From assembly GCA_040954595.2 (NCBI GenBank), contig CM082583.2, positions 6,508,849 through 6,572,848 on the forward strand: DNA of 64,000 bases, written 5' to 3'. This stretch comes from Balanoglossus misakiensis. Taxonomy: Eukaryota; Animalia; Hemichordata. The position numbers and the translations under genes are program-made. Shown here piece by piece: positions 48,771 through 62,857 of this stretch; position 1 is the first letter of the stretch, and every line of letters starts with the position of its first letter. The notes below the pieces were generated by a model that worked only from the letters and a program-made list of their open reading frames with translations, made no database searches and was not told where the DNA came from.

Positions 48771-51260
48771 CTACGAAGTCTTCTTTTTCTGTTTCTTCTT
48801 ACCAAGTTTTCTTTTTCTGCTGACATACATGTGTTTCAGGAGAATCGGAGCGCCTGAAAGACAGGTAAATTTCAGTAAAGAATGTATTCCCGTTCTTGTT
48901 TTTCAGGTGAAAAACTCCTAATTGAAGCTGCATATAAAATTAATAAAAGTACAGGTAACTTTGTTTTGAAAAAATTATCGGATCAACTTTCGCAGTTTCA
49001 GAATCAACGGCTATGAACTTGACAGGAATGCTCATGGATGTCGCTTGGGAAAAAACATAGATTCTCACAAGAATGTTGATTTCTTACTCAACTTCACTTA
49101 CCAACACACACTCTAAGAAAGAGATCAAACCACAAATATAGCGGATAATTCCATGAAAAATTCCATGCATTGGGAAGCTCCACGGAAAACTTTCCAGACT
49201 TGCTGTAGAGTGGTATTGCTTCATACAGGCAAATGGCTAAAAAAAATCACAAAAGGGAAAATTTACTACATAACTGCGTCTGCCAGTATTGCAGTTGTAC
49301 CATCACTTAGAGTATACTGAAATAACAATGTTTCACATGTTACAATATAGTTCATTTACAGGAGTTTTTGCTTTGCAGTGTACCTACCTTCCAATAAAAA
49401 TCCGAGTGGATACAATGGAATCCAGACAGTATATCTGAGCCACGTCAATAACTGACTTTCTTTACCCAGAGCTGATAACATATAGAATGGGTACCTGAAA
49501 CAGAAAAGAAAAGATTTCTCCACGGTCAATCCAGCAGCGAGTGAGAAAATCCCACATCACACAAATATGTTTTGAACAAGTTATTTCTAGATAAATCTTT
49601 GAAAAAATTCCCTTCATGTTTTAGTTATTCAGGCAAGTGTGACAGAAACTTCTTTGATGGTAGGGTAAAATTCATGGATGCGTTAGTTACTCTATAGCAG
49701 AATTGACGGTGATCAGAATATACCTGCCAATGATGAGAAAAACAGAGGGATGGGTAATACATGTAATACATAGATGCGCTATTTATTTCGGTGGTTTTAC
49801 TTTTGCTGTTACCTGAACAGTTCAATGAGCGTCCACACCAAAACCAACCAGAAGACAGCTGACTTGTCGTACATCTCTGGTTCTGCTATGATCACAAAGA
49901 AGAGTAGAAAGTTGCGACCATATATCTGTTGGAAAACCAAACAAGGCGAAGATGATTTTGCGTGAACTGTGTAACATCAAGTGGGTGAGTAAACTGAGTG
50001 ATGTATATGATTAGATGATTTATGTGAGTGTTATATCTGATGTTAGTTTGCTACTCTGTCTTCAGTAACTTAATCTACATGTGAATAATCAAATAACGTT
50101 CTTCCAGAGTGACACCAAGACGGAGTAAAAGTTGTAACGGATAATTTTAACAAACCTGCATCAGAGGCGGAATTACTTTCGTCTGAACTAAACCCACGGC
50201 TGGGTGGATCACCTCCAGTACTGCAGCTATCTGGCAGATGGATAAAACTCCTCCTGCTCTGTCAAATATGGCTTCAAAATTACCTGAAAGAATGAAACAG
50301 CATTTTGACAAACAAGTGCAACCCAATACAGTCTGACTGATGTGATCCTACACTTGGGGTTCAAGGAGAGCGCCCTCTAGTGGCAAGTCTATCAGTCAGA
50401 AAAGTACAAGACACATGAAGTGTGTCCATAGGACAGATATATATCATACCAGTAACAGCACTACCAACAAGCTAGTAATGAAGTGCTGTGTGAAACATGA
50501 GGAAATAATTATTGCTGTAAAAACAAATCTTACCTGCACCAAGTTCATTTAGTCCCGATATCAGCATATATCCCACCAGAAAGAAACCGATGAACTGGAG
50601 CAAATTATAAATGAACAGATATCCCTTCTTGATATCATCAAAGGCTGAAAACAAAAAACAAAAAAAATATAGGTATGTTGGCAATAGCTTTTATGAATTC
50701 ACTTTCGTATGAGCTCTCTCTCTATACCTCTCTATCTCCCCCCCCCCCCACACATACACACACAAACATAAACAAACAAACAACTTACATGCTTTTTCAG
50801 TGTCCTTCAATCTTTGTTCGAGTTCTCTCAGAGCTTCATTCGGATCTTCTGGCATATTTGCAGCTTGCTGGATTAGAAAAAAAGTGTGAGTCGTGATCTG
50901 AATGCAAATTCCAACGAGTTGTTCATGTCAGATCTCAAAAATTAAATTTTTTAAAAGCTTAGTAAAAACAGATATCCAGGTCTTCCCAAAATGTTTCACT
51001 TACATTTTCCAGCTCTTCATCTGTGTCATCTTCATTTTGCCATTTATCAAAATCAATTCTTAGCCATGCGGGTTTCTTTTGTTGTTTTGTCAATCTCGGC
51101 CAGAAATATGCACCATCTTTGACAACATTGAATTCTACAGCTCTGGGGGTAACTCTGTAGGTGCTTTGCTGTAACACAAAGTTGTGTTATGTTAATGAGA
51201 GTGGGGTCAGGGGTCAGGTGAGGAGCATTTTTTTACATTCAGGCAACTCTGGTCTTTGGA

Positions 51261-51332
<72 letters not shown>

Positions 51333-52364
51333 TATGATGATGATGATGATGATGATGATGATGGCGATGGTGGTCATGGGAAACCAGAGCTCATTGCCTT
51401 ACCTTTGGTTCTACATAATCGTAGAACTTCAGAATGAATTCGTAGACTTGTTCCCCTCCAGCTCCCACACCAACGCCTGTCAAAATAAAATTCAACAGAA
51501 TTCAGATTGTGTGCTGCATGAAATTGGACAAGAGTTTAGGGAGCGAGACTTTAGGTCTCAGACAAGCCTACAGAGCATGATTGAGAATTCTCCGACCCCT
51601 GCTCACTATATCTACTATATGCAGCAATAGCCAACTTGTGAGTTGTTCTATGTTATAATATATGGCATAACATTACTGGTCAGCCAGCAATATTGTTGAC
51701 AACTGAAGTCCCGAGTAGATCCAAATGTTTTAATGTTGGACTGCAATCATTTCCATTACTTGATACATGATGATGAACAAACGCTCTGAAATTATCACAC
51801 ATATATTACAGCTTATGTTTATTTAATATGTCATACCTTTGAAATGCATAACTTCATTGGTGATGTCTACCTGTTCACTCTGTAGAATAATTTAACACAA
51901 AGAGAATAAACATCAGTACATTGCCGTCATTGGTTTGTTGGTCGAGCGGTCAAAGGTCACAGTGCTTTGTGCCTCCGTGTTTCAATGTAATCATCATTAT
52001 AAGCCGCAAACGTGATTTAAAAATAACACCACGTGAATATGACTGATTTTCCCTCTTCGACAATGTCGCTTAAGTCGTTCAGCTGCGTAATTAATTTCCA
52101 AAATGAGGCCCAGGTGATACACAGACGATCGTTTCTCCGATCTCCAGGTCAAATGGTAAACTGATGAGTGATTGTACAACAGCGAGTATGCCGCGCCGAT
52201 CGGTAGAGAAACGTCGATCGGGGGTACTTTTGCTCCTTGCCAAAAGAAAGTCGGTTGCTCAGTCAATCACGTAAACCCACCTGCACGTCCTTCAGATCCA
52301 CTTTCAGGGTAATATTATCATTGCTTTGAGCCCAGAGAACGATCGGGCAAGGAAGATCAGCCAT
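48771..52364 (-). CDS. HACD3: Very-long-chain (3R)-3-hydroxyacyl-CoA dehydratase 3 (PTPLAD1); exons 52364-52281, 51879-51837, 51476-51403, 51168-51004, 50867-50789, 50644-50534, 50283-50156, 49925-49813, 49494-49388, 49236-49102, 48853-48771; 373 aa
   Basis: Eleven GT-AG exons sum to 1122 nt in frame. The N-terminal CS/p23 domain has 'PIVLWAQ', 'WPRLTK' and 'DFDKW'. The PTPLA domain has 'KGYLFIYNLLQF', 'GRNFLLF', 'RYPFY' and 'WIPLYPLGFLLE'. The C-terminus is a KKTS* di-lysine ER signal. Confidence 0.95.
50369..50385 (-). promoter_or_regulatory. Consensus CTCF binding site in HACD3 intron 6
   Basis: AGCGCCCTCTAGTGGCA, which reads TGCCACTAGAGGGCGCT on -, a near-perfect CTCF core motif. Confidence 0.6.
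51260..51363. repeat. (GAT)n microsatellite in HACD3 intron 3
   Basis: Directly visible. Confidence 0.95.
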
Positions 52365-55300
52365 GATGATGCACGCCCGCAGCAGGCCATACTCGCAGTT
52401 ATTTTGTTTATTGTTCAAGCCGGCGGACCCCCTAAGCTATCCCAATATTTCTATGATGTTTTTCAAACAGTCTCCTTAAGATTTCGGGAATCACCAATAT
52501 CACAAAAACAAGTTGTTTTTAAATTTCATTTCGGGATTCGACTTCTGTTTCCCGGGGACAAAATCAGTTATATTCTGCGAAACGACGAAACATGACCTCT
52601 GCCTTAGTCGATACCATAGGGGCCAATCATCAAAACGAAGGCTTCATGTGTTGAAAACAATAATAAGTAACAAACCACACACTACCAGAAGGCTATGGTA
52701 TTCTTATTGGTTGTTATTGTTTATCATAAATAATAAATATGAAAGCAATATTGTACATAAATATCAACAGAATTAATACACCATGCAAGTTAAATGGACA
52801 TTGAGTTGATGACATTGGATCGCAATGTTATCAGTTGGGAAAATGTTACAAGAGTTAGACTACACTAACAAAAAATAACCCTTTCACCACCATGGTTTGG
52901 TCCAAATCCATTGTAATCTAGGATGAAATTGGACCTCTGTAAAGGATATTGGGGTGAAAGGGTTAACAAAGTTGAGTGCGTTAATGATGTACAAGAGTAG
53001 TGAATAATGCTGTTGTTGTTGTGACAGGGGATGGGTTTTAACTTCAGGACAGGATGGTGGATAACTGCTGACACATTCTCCATGTGACTATCAACTGTAC
53101 CACCTACATGTAACCCCCGCCCGATGTAAACCTTACCCCAAAAATTTAAACAAATATTGTCTTGTCATCACTTAAACTAAAACTGTTGGTTATGGTGAGG
53201 AGTCTCCTAACATTGCATAATCAGCACAGAAAAAAAATCAAAACACATTAATTGGTGTTTGGACATGCATCGTCAAAATCATTTCTACCAGAAAAGATAT
53301 AAGAATTAAAGGCTAAAGGAAAGTACTTTTGATGCAATTACATATTAGATAACATGGGAATGTGTTAGTACTTGATATATGAGGTAAATATGTACCACTT
53401 TTATAACCCTTGATCTTTAAAACTCTGTACATATAAGAACATCGCTTTCTAAAATCATAAACATAAAAACATTGTACACTGTACTGTTTTCTTGGGTAGG
53501 CACCTATAACATACTGCATGATTTTATTGCTTGAAAAAATAACAGCTTTAATCAGCTATCAATTAACTTATAAAAACAGAAGTTGAACATTGCTTCATAT
53601 GGACATGAGGTGGGTGTACCTAATTTGAATATTTTCAATTTAAATAACAGTCACATGGCCATGCATCGTTCAAGACCTAACAATGTAGCATTCCTAGAAA
53701 GGAAGTTTAAAAAAAGTACTTAATGTATGCAGACAAGCTGTACTGTGGAACTAGCACGGAAACATAAAAGCTGTCCAATAGTTCATAATACTCAAGAATA
53801 TTCACTATCATGACAAGATATTTTTTTTACAGTTTTTCAAACTAAAATACTGTTAAATATCAAAAACAAGTTAAATGTAAATATTTTGATATTTGAATAT
53901 TTTGGCATGTGCATTTGTACAACGGATATGAATTGGTTCAGAAATAAGGCTGCCCTACTGAATCGCTAAACCATCATGAGGGGCTGAAGTGAGGTTTCTT
54001 GGGTATTAATCCCTGGTATGATCCCGGGGGGTGGGGGTGGGGGTGGGGTGGGGATTGGTGGCACTTAAGGTTTATAATATGGTGGGGTTATATACAGTAG
54101 TCAGTTACCTGTGTTGTAACAAATTAGAAGTAGGATGGGGGTGGGGATTGGGCATGTTAGTTGTCGGTGGGGTTCTGGGAGAAAGTTTCTTTTAGTCATT
54201 ACAGGCCACACAGGTTTGGGATGACGAGGCTTGGATTGAGGTAATAATGGGCCTACAAGAAGTCCCTGGTGGGAGGTTCAGGCTGATTGATAGGACAATC
54301 GGTGGGTTAATTCACCAATAGTGAATTAGGGATTTTCAAAAGGTGGAGGACGTGAGGATTTCCTGGTGGTGCAGTTACTCAGGGGAGGGCTTCCAAACAA
54401 TTTGGTCAAAGGTCATGATAACAGAAATCTGACAGTACGTGTCAGATTCCAGTGGTTGTCACAGAGCATAAAATGCAAGTAAATGTACATCAAGGTGGAT
54501 TTAAATCCAACCAAATAGACGTGCAACAGTAATTCTGTGGTCTTCAACAGTATACAAACAATGCATGAAAATCAAGATGGAGTATTCTTTACCCATGCCT
54601 AGCCCCACCCTGACTCCTAACTCAAATCAAAATCCTTTTCATGAATTGTGAACATAAGTAAAAGTTAAAAATCATTTTTATACTTTCAATGGCTTTGCAT
54701 TTAATGTGTTTGAAATTTCATTTCATGTTTTGTTTGGCCTAGGCACCAGTTTGGAAGACAAATGAAATAAAAATCTTGGTACCTACATCAACAATTCAGT
54801 GAAAAAATCATATTATACAGAAAACTTTGCAATTTCATTCTTTTATAGACATTTTCATAATTTTTCTAGGAATTTCTTATCATAAAAATGGACAAATTCA
54901 TCACAGTACTAAACTTGTTTTAAAAATTAAGAAAATAAAGCATCTGTCATAAATTCAGTCACATTGCAAAGAGGATTAAAATCAGACCAACAAATTCACA
55001 ATTCACCTGTCTGTAAAAAAATGTCAAGTAGAATAAAAAGTTTTGAACAATCCCCAAATAAAGGACAGACTACATTTTAAGTTCTTTTCACTGAAAGTAC
55101 ATGTCAGAAACCTGCTGGCATCATTTTCGAGAAAATTTTAAGTTACGGTTTGAAAGGAATAAATAAAGGAAATTCAAGTTAAATATAAGACAGAAAATGA
55201 AGTTTAAGCATTCTTTCGAATCTGAAATTCATACCAACATCAAATATTACAAATGTCAGGGAAAAAAGCAAATGAAATAAAAACAAAACTCTACCATATC

Positions 55301-55837
55301 ATGGCAGTAGATGTACTTTCCCAACTGTAGATAGAAAAACACAAATCTACAAAATCAGTACAAATTTATGTCAAAGTTTAAAATTTGAGACAATTCTTCA
55401 TTATAAAATCTCATGCAAGTTTTTGAGTTGTCCAGTGTATTGGCACAATAGTAGCTGGATGCTATTGGATGATTTGAGTTGAAATCTTTCTTCACATCAA
55501 GATATTAGCTAATATTCAAGATGACAATACCGTAGATTCAAGCTTTGGCTAAGAGTTTTAAAAAGTACAGCAGGATTTCCTTTGTAGAAAAAAATCCATT
55601 ACTCTTTGCGATTTATGTAATAAAAATTGATACACCTTAAAAATCTTGATTTATTGTAAAGTCTTTTCACAAGCACTGGCCAACTTTAACTCAGTACCAA
55701 ATTTTATGCTTCAAATCTGTTTTCAGCAAGATCTGACTTTTTTCAGCAAGGTTTCTGTAATGTTAGGTCACACACACCGCAGTCATTTCCACCTGACTGA
55801 ACTGGTTAAAACCAGTTGTAACCAGTTCAGGTTGCGT

Positions 55838-58800
55838 TCACCTTGATGCTACAGAGCTTGCTGAATTACTGGTGGGCATATCTTCCGTAACGTGCTGCGG
55901 AGGCATGAACTTAAACAAGGGAGCGCTGTTCATGACGACTTCCACGGCGTCCATGCGACCGAGCTCTCTCAGCCGGAGGATGAGGCTCCCGATGGTGCTG
56001 TCCGGCCGGCAGCTCCACTCCTGCAGAATCCGATCGGTGGGGCTCTCCGCCTCGTTGAGGCTGGAGCACAGCTGCGGGTCTATCCGGGGCAGGCAGTCGC
56101 CCAGGCCCAGGGAGAGAGCCAAGAGGCACCAGTCGCGCCCCATGGGCTCCGGCGGATCCAAGAGCATGCTGAGCTGCCGGCGGGTGTGGGGATGTAAATG
56201 AAGCAGAGGTAGAGAAGCACCGAACGTAATACTGGAGCCGAGAGTCTGGCTGGTGAAGCACAGCAGGTCGGTCAGCGACTCCATGCTGTCGCTGTTCCTG
56301 TTGAGTATTTCAGTTTTGTTCTCCAGCTGGGCCTGGAATATCTCCTTCGGGTGGAAGGCAGTGACCTGAAGACTGTTGACCGGCTGCTTGTCGCTGATCG
56401 ACTTCAGCTGCGAGGCGCTGAGCACGAACTTGGTCGTCAGCAAGCCCGGGTAGCACTCCGTGACGACCTGGTCGATCAGGTGGCTCAGATCCTCCATGAA
56501 GATGAAGCACGCCTGCTTGGACTCGCTGGGGCCCCGCACACAGATCAAGATGGCCTCCCCGTCGGCCGTGAGGATCACCAGCGATTCCATGTTCCCCCCG
56601 ACGCACTTAGCACCCAGCTGCCACAGGGTCAGCTCGTTCTCCAGCGTGTCGCTCTCCTGCTGGAAGTTCCGCCGCAGGGCCAACTGCACCCGGGGGAAGA
56701 GCCCCGCCGGGAAGGCACCGCCGCAGTCGGCCAGCTGTATCCGGATCCCCCCGTAGACGTCGTAGTTCCCGTTCTCGTCCGACTCCTCCCACAGGCTCGG
56801 GGAGCTGGGCTCGGTCCTGATCAGACTGGGGAACTCGCACGTAGCACCGGTGCCTTGAACACAGATATCAAGGGCTTCCAACAACTGAATCAAATCGTCC
56901 AGGTCCTCTGAGTTCTGGAATAACTGATGCATGTACTGGAGACTGTAGTTGCCGCTGGCCTGGTCGATGTGTTCGTACGACAAAAGCTGGGCAATGACAT
57001 TAGTAGACAACCACCTGGGGTCTATCACGATGATTTCTCTCAAAAGCTCACCATCGAAACATTGCACCTGCGAAAACAAGACAGATTAAATCAAAACTGT
57101 GTAGTAAGATAGACATGAATTTTTCTGAATTACTTTCTTGAACATAGGATAGCAAATAGCATTCCTGGTTAGATTTTTAAAATAACGATACATAATCTTT
57201 AATCAGCAATTATTTCAACCGTTCAGAAATGGCCACGTTACCTCTCCCATACTCTGAAGCTGTCGGAGTATCTCAATGAAATGCCCTTCTCCAGCCAACG
57301 GGTTGATCTGTTTGTGGACTGCATCCACAAACTGTTGCCATGACAGCACTGGAAACGACGCATAGGTCTTCCTCCATGCTGGTAACATACTGAGCACCGT
57401 CTCAAACAGAGTTGTGACAGGAGATTCCATCTGTAGATCAGACATTATATAATTTCAAAAACACAGAAGAAAAACCATTTGCACATACATATTCCCCGTC
57501 TACTTTTAACATAACTGTTGCATGCATCCAGTCAGTGTCAACATTCTCACAAATAATAAAGTCCCCTGGCTGGAATATTTTCACCCAAACCTACCCTGAT
57601 GGCGGCATTTTTCAGATTGGACAGGTACGTCCGAAGCAGCTTCATTTCTTTGGAAGACGAGGAGTGGGCGTCCGACACAAAAAGCATGTCGCAAATGTCA
57701 AACTGTCTCCCGTAGGTCTTTTTCACCTGGTACAGCACGACATTGCCTTCGCCACTCACATACTCTCCAGTGGAGGTCTTTGGACAGTTGACAGTGTCCG
57801 GGTGTGTGCCAATTAGTATCACTTTCATAAGAGAGGTAAATTTCCCACAGAAACCTATGATGAGAGGAAGAGATGTTACACCGAGATTAAAAATAATCAC
57901 CACATGCATTATTGTTAATTCTATCATCCTTGAACTTGGGGGGGGGGGGAAGAAATGTGAGAAGATGGTTTATTTGTTATTTGGAGTATGAGGATGACGT
58001 TTTTTCTCTGGTTTGTTAATACTAACATTGTAATATTTTGAGTAAATCTCTGATTGTAGGGGGCGCTCTGCGACATACACTGTATACCGCCAATTACCGG
58101 GAGTACAGTTGTAATACACATGTACTATTTTAGAGCGGCCACCTGTCAGACTGTAGCCTGAATATCTGCAATAGTGCATTTACACAGTGTCACAAACTCT
58201 CTCTTAAGTTAAGTTTCATGATCCAATAATGCCAAAGAAAATATGAATGAGGTGTTTCACATGCAAATGATTAATTTTTGGTCCATGGGTCAAATATGAT
58301 AAAGTGTAACATGTTATGATTAAGATGTGGTGGTGACATATAATTAATCTTAACGAGCAGCATGGTTACATCTTGACAGACCCAAATATTCTGTGGTACA
58401 ATTAAGAAAGACATGTACAGGACTCTTAGTTTCATATAGAGGAGCGATCTCACTATGACTGTCAACTCTATTGGGGGTATTGCCAAATTAATTACCGAAG
58501 TTCAAACACGAAGAAGTTCTCTTACCAATAGGTTCTGCCACAGGCAATCTACTCTTCAACAGGTTCATCCAATAACAGACTTGACTGTACTGCACTTCAT
58601 AAGGATCTTCCAGGTTGAAAACAATTGCATAGATGGCACTGGGATCGCCCACAAAATGGCTGTAGGCCGTGTGGTACTGCTCACGCCCTCCAAACTCCCA
58701 CACGCTGAACTCGCCAGCACCTGGTAATTGAGAACACAAAAAGCTTGTATACAGTCGAATAAAACAAGAACATCACAGAAGAACAACCAAAATGATCAAT

Positions 58801-61800
58801 TACAGTTGTGAGATGTACTGGAAACTGAGGGATAACTTGTTTTTAGTTCAAGATTTCTGTACCGAAACTTTGAGAAATCAGAGGGTACATTATGGCAACT
58901 TTGAAGTGAGAGATTAACTGCACAGACCATGGTTCAGTCCAAACCTACATGTATTGTTTCCTGTGGTAAAATTGGACCTCTGCAAAGGGAACCGGGGGTG
59001 AAAGCATTCAGATAATTCTCTAGTAACGAACACAAACCTGGCACCGCAATGGTGTGAATATCGATTCCCTTAGTACTGATGTATTCCACGGAATTATTGT
59101 TGGAACTGATCCGTCGTTGCTCCCTGACCGGTCGGTGGCTATCCTTGCTGATGTACTTCTTCGGAGACGACTTTCCCATGAACGCCAGGTTGCTCCGGGA
59201 CACCCGGAATAAACCCCGGAAGTAGCCACACTTCAGCGTGTCGATGAGGGTGGTTTTACCCACCCCCGTGTGACCCAGGACTTTTAATTTCACCCGGCTG
59301 ATGGAAGACGACGTAGCCTCCAGCTGCTGGACGTACAAATCACGTGATTTCTCCTGATGAGATAAGGAGAGGAAAGTTGGATAAAAAAAAACTTCATAAA
59401 TCTGAAACTGTAAAATTGATATTCTTGCTTTCATGTCTAGTTTAGGGGATTGCTTTGAGCAGACAACGACCACAGAAATGTCAACTGATAATTAATGGCT
59501 ATACACGCAACCTTCAGGAAATTACATTATTTTGCTGACTTTGACATCAATCTAACAACAGACAGTGGAGACCACAAGGAGATTTCTAACACTAACAGAT
59601 ACGAGCATGCAGTGTAAATTACCCTGTTATTCCTTCAAACCATACCCAAGCTCCACCCAAAAATTAAAACTTACCGTTCGCAACTTGAATAGTAACTCTG
59701 TAATGTCCTCCTGTTGTTCCATGACAGCCACTTGTTCCGCAGTGAGGCCATCCTGGCAAAAAATGAGAATTCCAAATCAATCACACTGAGTTGCCGATCA
59801 ACATTTGGAAGAGAATCATACAATAAACAACAATAACAACAACAACCACAACAACACCATGGTACTTACCTCATTCTTAGCTTCCATATTAGCACCAGCA
59901 CAGCACAGATACCGAACAACCTCTAAATGGCCGTGTCTGGCTGATAACATCAAGGGCGTCACCCCATGCTGCAAGGGAATGGAAGTAAAACATACAAGTG
60001 TATCTTTACATGAAAATGATGACTTAGGAAAACAAGATTCATAGGGCTGGAGGCCTATAGTGCAAGTGGAATAAAACTATTATTATTATTATTATTAAAA
60101 CAAGATTCCAGCACAAGAAGGCATCAACACACAAACATGCCAAATTTACCATATATGGCTACATCAGACCTTGCAGAGTTGAAAAAAGGCTGTAGAGTCT
60201 TACCTTATTGGGCATATCTATATTACAACCTGATTGGTGGAGAGTTTGGACAATAGGTAAGGCACCATCCCTGCATGCTGCGTGCAGGGCAGTATCACCA
60301 AACTGAAAAAGAGAAAAAAAATAAACACAAAATTATTTGATTCGGAAATCTGCTTTTGGAGAAATGCAGGATCTGGAAGTAAAAAAGGAAGTGTTTGACA
60401 GAATCACTGAAAATCTGACTTCTCATGAATCTCGTCTTTGTTGTAAAGTTCACTGGCCTGGGGCAGATACATGTATTAGGATCAAGAGTCAGGACATTTG
60501 AAATCCACAAAATCTAAAGGACACACATGATGAAGACTTAAACACTTATGTCAACACTTGTACATATCAATGTAATGGTAACTCGTGATGGACTATTGTA
60601 GTTGCAACACTAAACATGACTGCAGGCTGATGCGTGGCTGCTGAAATGAACATCCTGAAAAATCATTAACATGGATTACAACATGTAAAGCTGCATCAGC
60701 AATGCTAACGAATAAAAGATGCATGAACTGATATGGAATTAATTACATGTTTGACCGAGCATCCATATTTGTTAATGAAATGATGATGATAAATAATATG
60801 ATGTGGAGCCATAGAGTCCAGTATAAATGTAGCATTTTTATCTAAAATAATGTGTTAGCTGTGCATATTTGCTTTTATTTTTGCATGTGCATTTCTATTT
60901 TTTTTAAATATGTGTACCCTTTATTTCAGGTAAAGTCATCCAACAAAAGTGTTTTCTATTCTGTACTGTCTATGAAACCACACACACAACATCAGTCCAT
61001 CTACGGATGCTACATCAAACAATGAGAATGTAACAGACAGTTTACCTTATCCTGGCCATCCAATCTACAACCCTCTTCACACAAATATTGCACAATATGA
61101 TCATGATGTCGACGTACGGCCAAGTGCAGTGCACTCTGCCCATGCTTGTCAGTTTCATCGAGCAGTGCACCGCTTTCGGTTAGGCAGTGTACAATGTCTA
61201 AATGACCCCGGACAGCACCGCACAACAGCGGTGTTTCACCGTCCTAAGAAGTGAGATAAAAACAACAAACCTCAAAGTCACACGCACAGATGCAAGTCAA
61301 TGTGGTGAGAAACGAACAAACAGGCCAAAAATCACATGCACATTGAAAACAGTTTTGAAACAAAAAGAACAAGGTGGGTCAATGGATGTTAGTTAACCAA
61401 CATATTACGTTAAAAACTGACAGACATATGCATTCTTGTGTAAAACTGTTGATTCTCGATGATATTGGATTTCAATGCATTGACACATTCTACACATTCC
61501 CGAAACCAATACTAGTACATGGGAATACAGATTTGCATAATGCTACACAAAACACCTGTTACATCCTAGACTAGTTGACAAAAACTTCATGATGTTTTTT
61601 TTCATCTTCATTTGAATTGTACGCAAAGTAACCAGTTGATAACACAGCACAGTTGGAGTTTTGTCTCAAACATTCAAATTTACAAATGGCAGTATTTCAA
61701 AACAAAAGTCCATGGATGTGTGAATTTCAAAACAAAAAGTTCACAATTATATGAATGCAGACATTTGAGCAGTTGGTTGTTTTTTCGGCCGATGTGAAAA

Positions 61801-62584
61801 TGCATCATGCTGTTTAATGTTGGCGTTTTTACATTACTGTAGCAGGCACACAGCCATTTCCTGCAGAACCGACAATTGCAGAGCGATGACCGGCTTTCAT
61901 TTTCAGCATGCCGCAAAAATGCATTTTTACACACAAATTGATCAGGAGTCCAGTCTTTGCTGAATATGATTTAGCACCCTGTCATAAGCAAAAGTGAAAA
62001 TGCTTTTTTTTCCAAAAAAGTCAGAAACAGGCAGTCAATTGGTACTAATATGGACCTGACCACATTTAGTTTTCCGAAACCCGTTCTTAAAATTAAAAGC
62101 AGACTCACAGTTCATTCTATGGGATGTTTCCAATCACTGAATTCAACGGAAAGCTGTACTTTTCAAAACAATCCCACAAAATCAAACAGTATTCCTGGCC
62201 TTCTTCTTCGGAAATCTCAAGATATTCGTTCTCACCTTGTTCTGAATGCTAGTTTTGCATGCTGCATTACACAGCACCTGGACAACATTGTAATAACCAT
62301 GCCAGGCTGCAGAATGTAACGCCGTTTCGCCGTCTTTGTCTTGGATGTCTGTATCAGCGCAAATGATACAAAGATAGTCCACCACGTCTACCTGGCCATA
62401 ACGACTCGCTACATGCATAGGTGTCTCTCCAGACTGAAAAAAAATAAAGGAAAATTGTTCAAATATTAAATATAAGAAAGAACCCAGAAGTTTTGGACAA
62501 CAATCCTAACATATGAAGATGTACACAGCTGCAGCAGATTGTCATTGCGGAACCATGTTGCTGCAGATTACACAGTGAATCGGC

Positions 62585-62648
<64 letters not shown>

Positions 62649-62664
62649 CGACGATGACGATGAC

Positions 62665-62735
<71 letters not shown>

Positions 62736-62857
62736 CAATGATGATGATGTGTGCTTACCCTATTTTGCTCATTGACTGGACAGTTGTGTTCATGTAAATA
62801 TTTAATGACTTCCACGTGACCCTGTCTGGCAGCCCAGTACACTGCATTGTCACCATG
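55838..62857 (-). CDS. DAPK1: Death-associated protein kinase 1-like, 3' partial (ankyrin repeats, ROC, COR, death domain); exons 62857-62759, 62433-62236, 61243-61046, 60302-60204, 59968-59870, 59752-59675, 59353-59038, 58720-58526, 57854-57595, 57430-57242, 57067-55838
   Basis: Phase-0 ankyrin exons of 99/198 nt ('GDNAVYWAARQGH', 'GETALHSAAWHGY'). ROC P-loop 'KLKVLGHTGVGKTTLIDTLKCG' and 'WEFGG'; COR 'DPRWL' and 'FPRVQ'; death domain 'LLDPPEPMGRDWCLLA'; C-terminus SSVASR*. The exons total 2961 nt in frame. The kinase and CaM-binding exons are not found in the window. Confidence 0.95.
62585..62748. repeat. (GAT)n microsatellite with GAC interruptions in a DAPK1 intron
   Basis: Directly visible. 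Confidence 0.95.

Noticed and set aside
55872-56911. Several long + strand ORFs opposite the last DAPK1 exon
   Set aside because: Antisense shadows of a GC3-rich coding exon.
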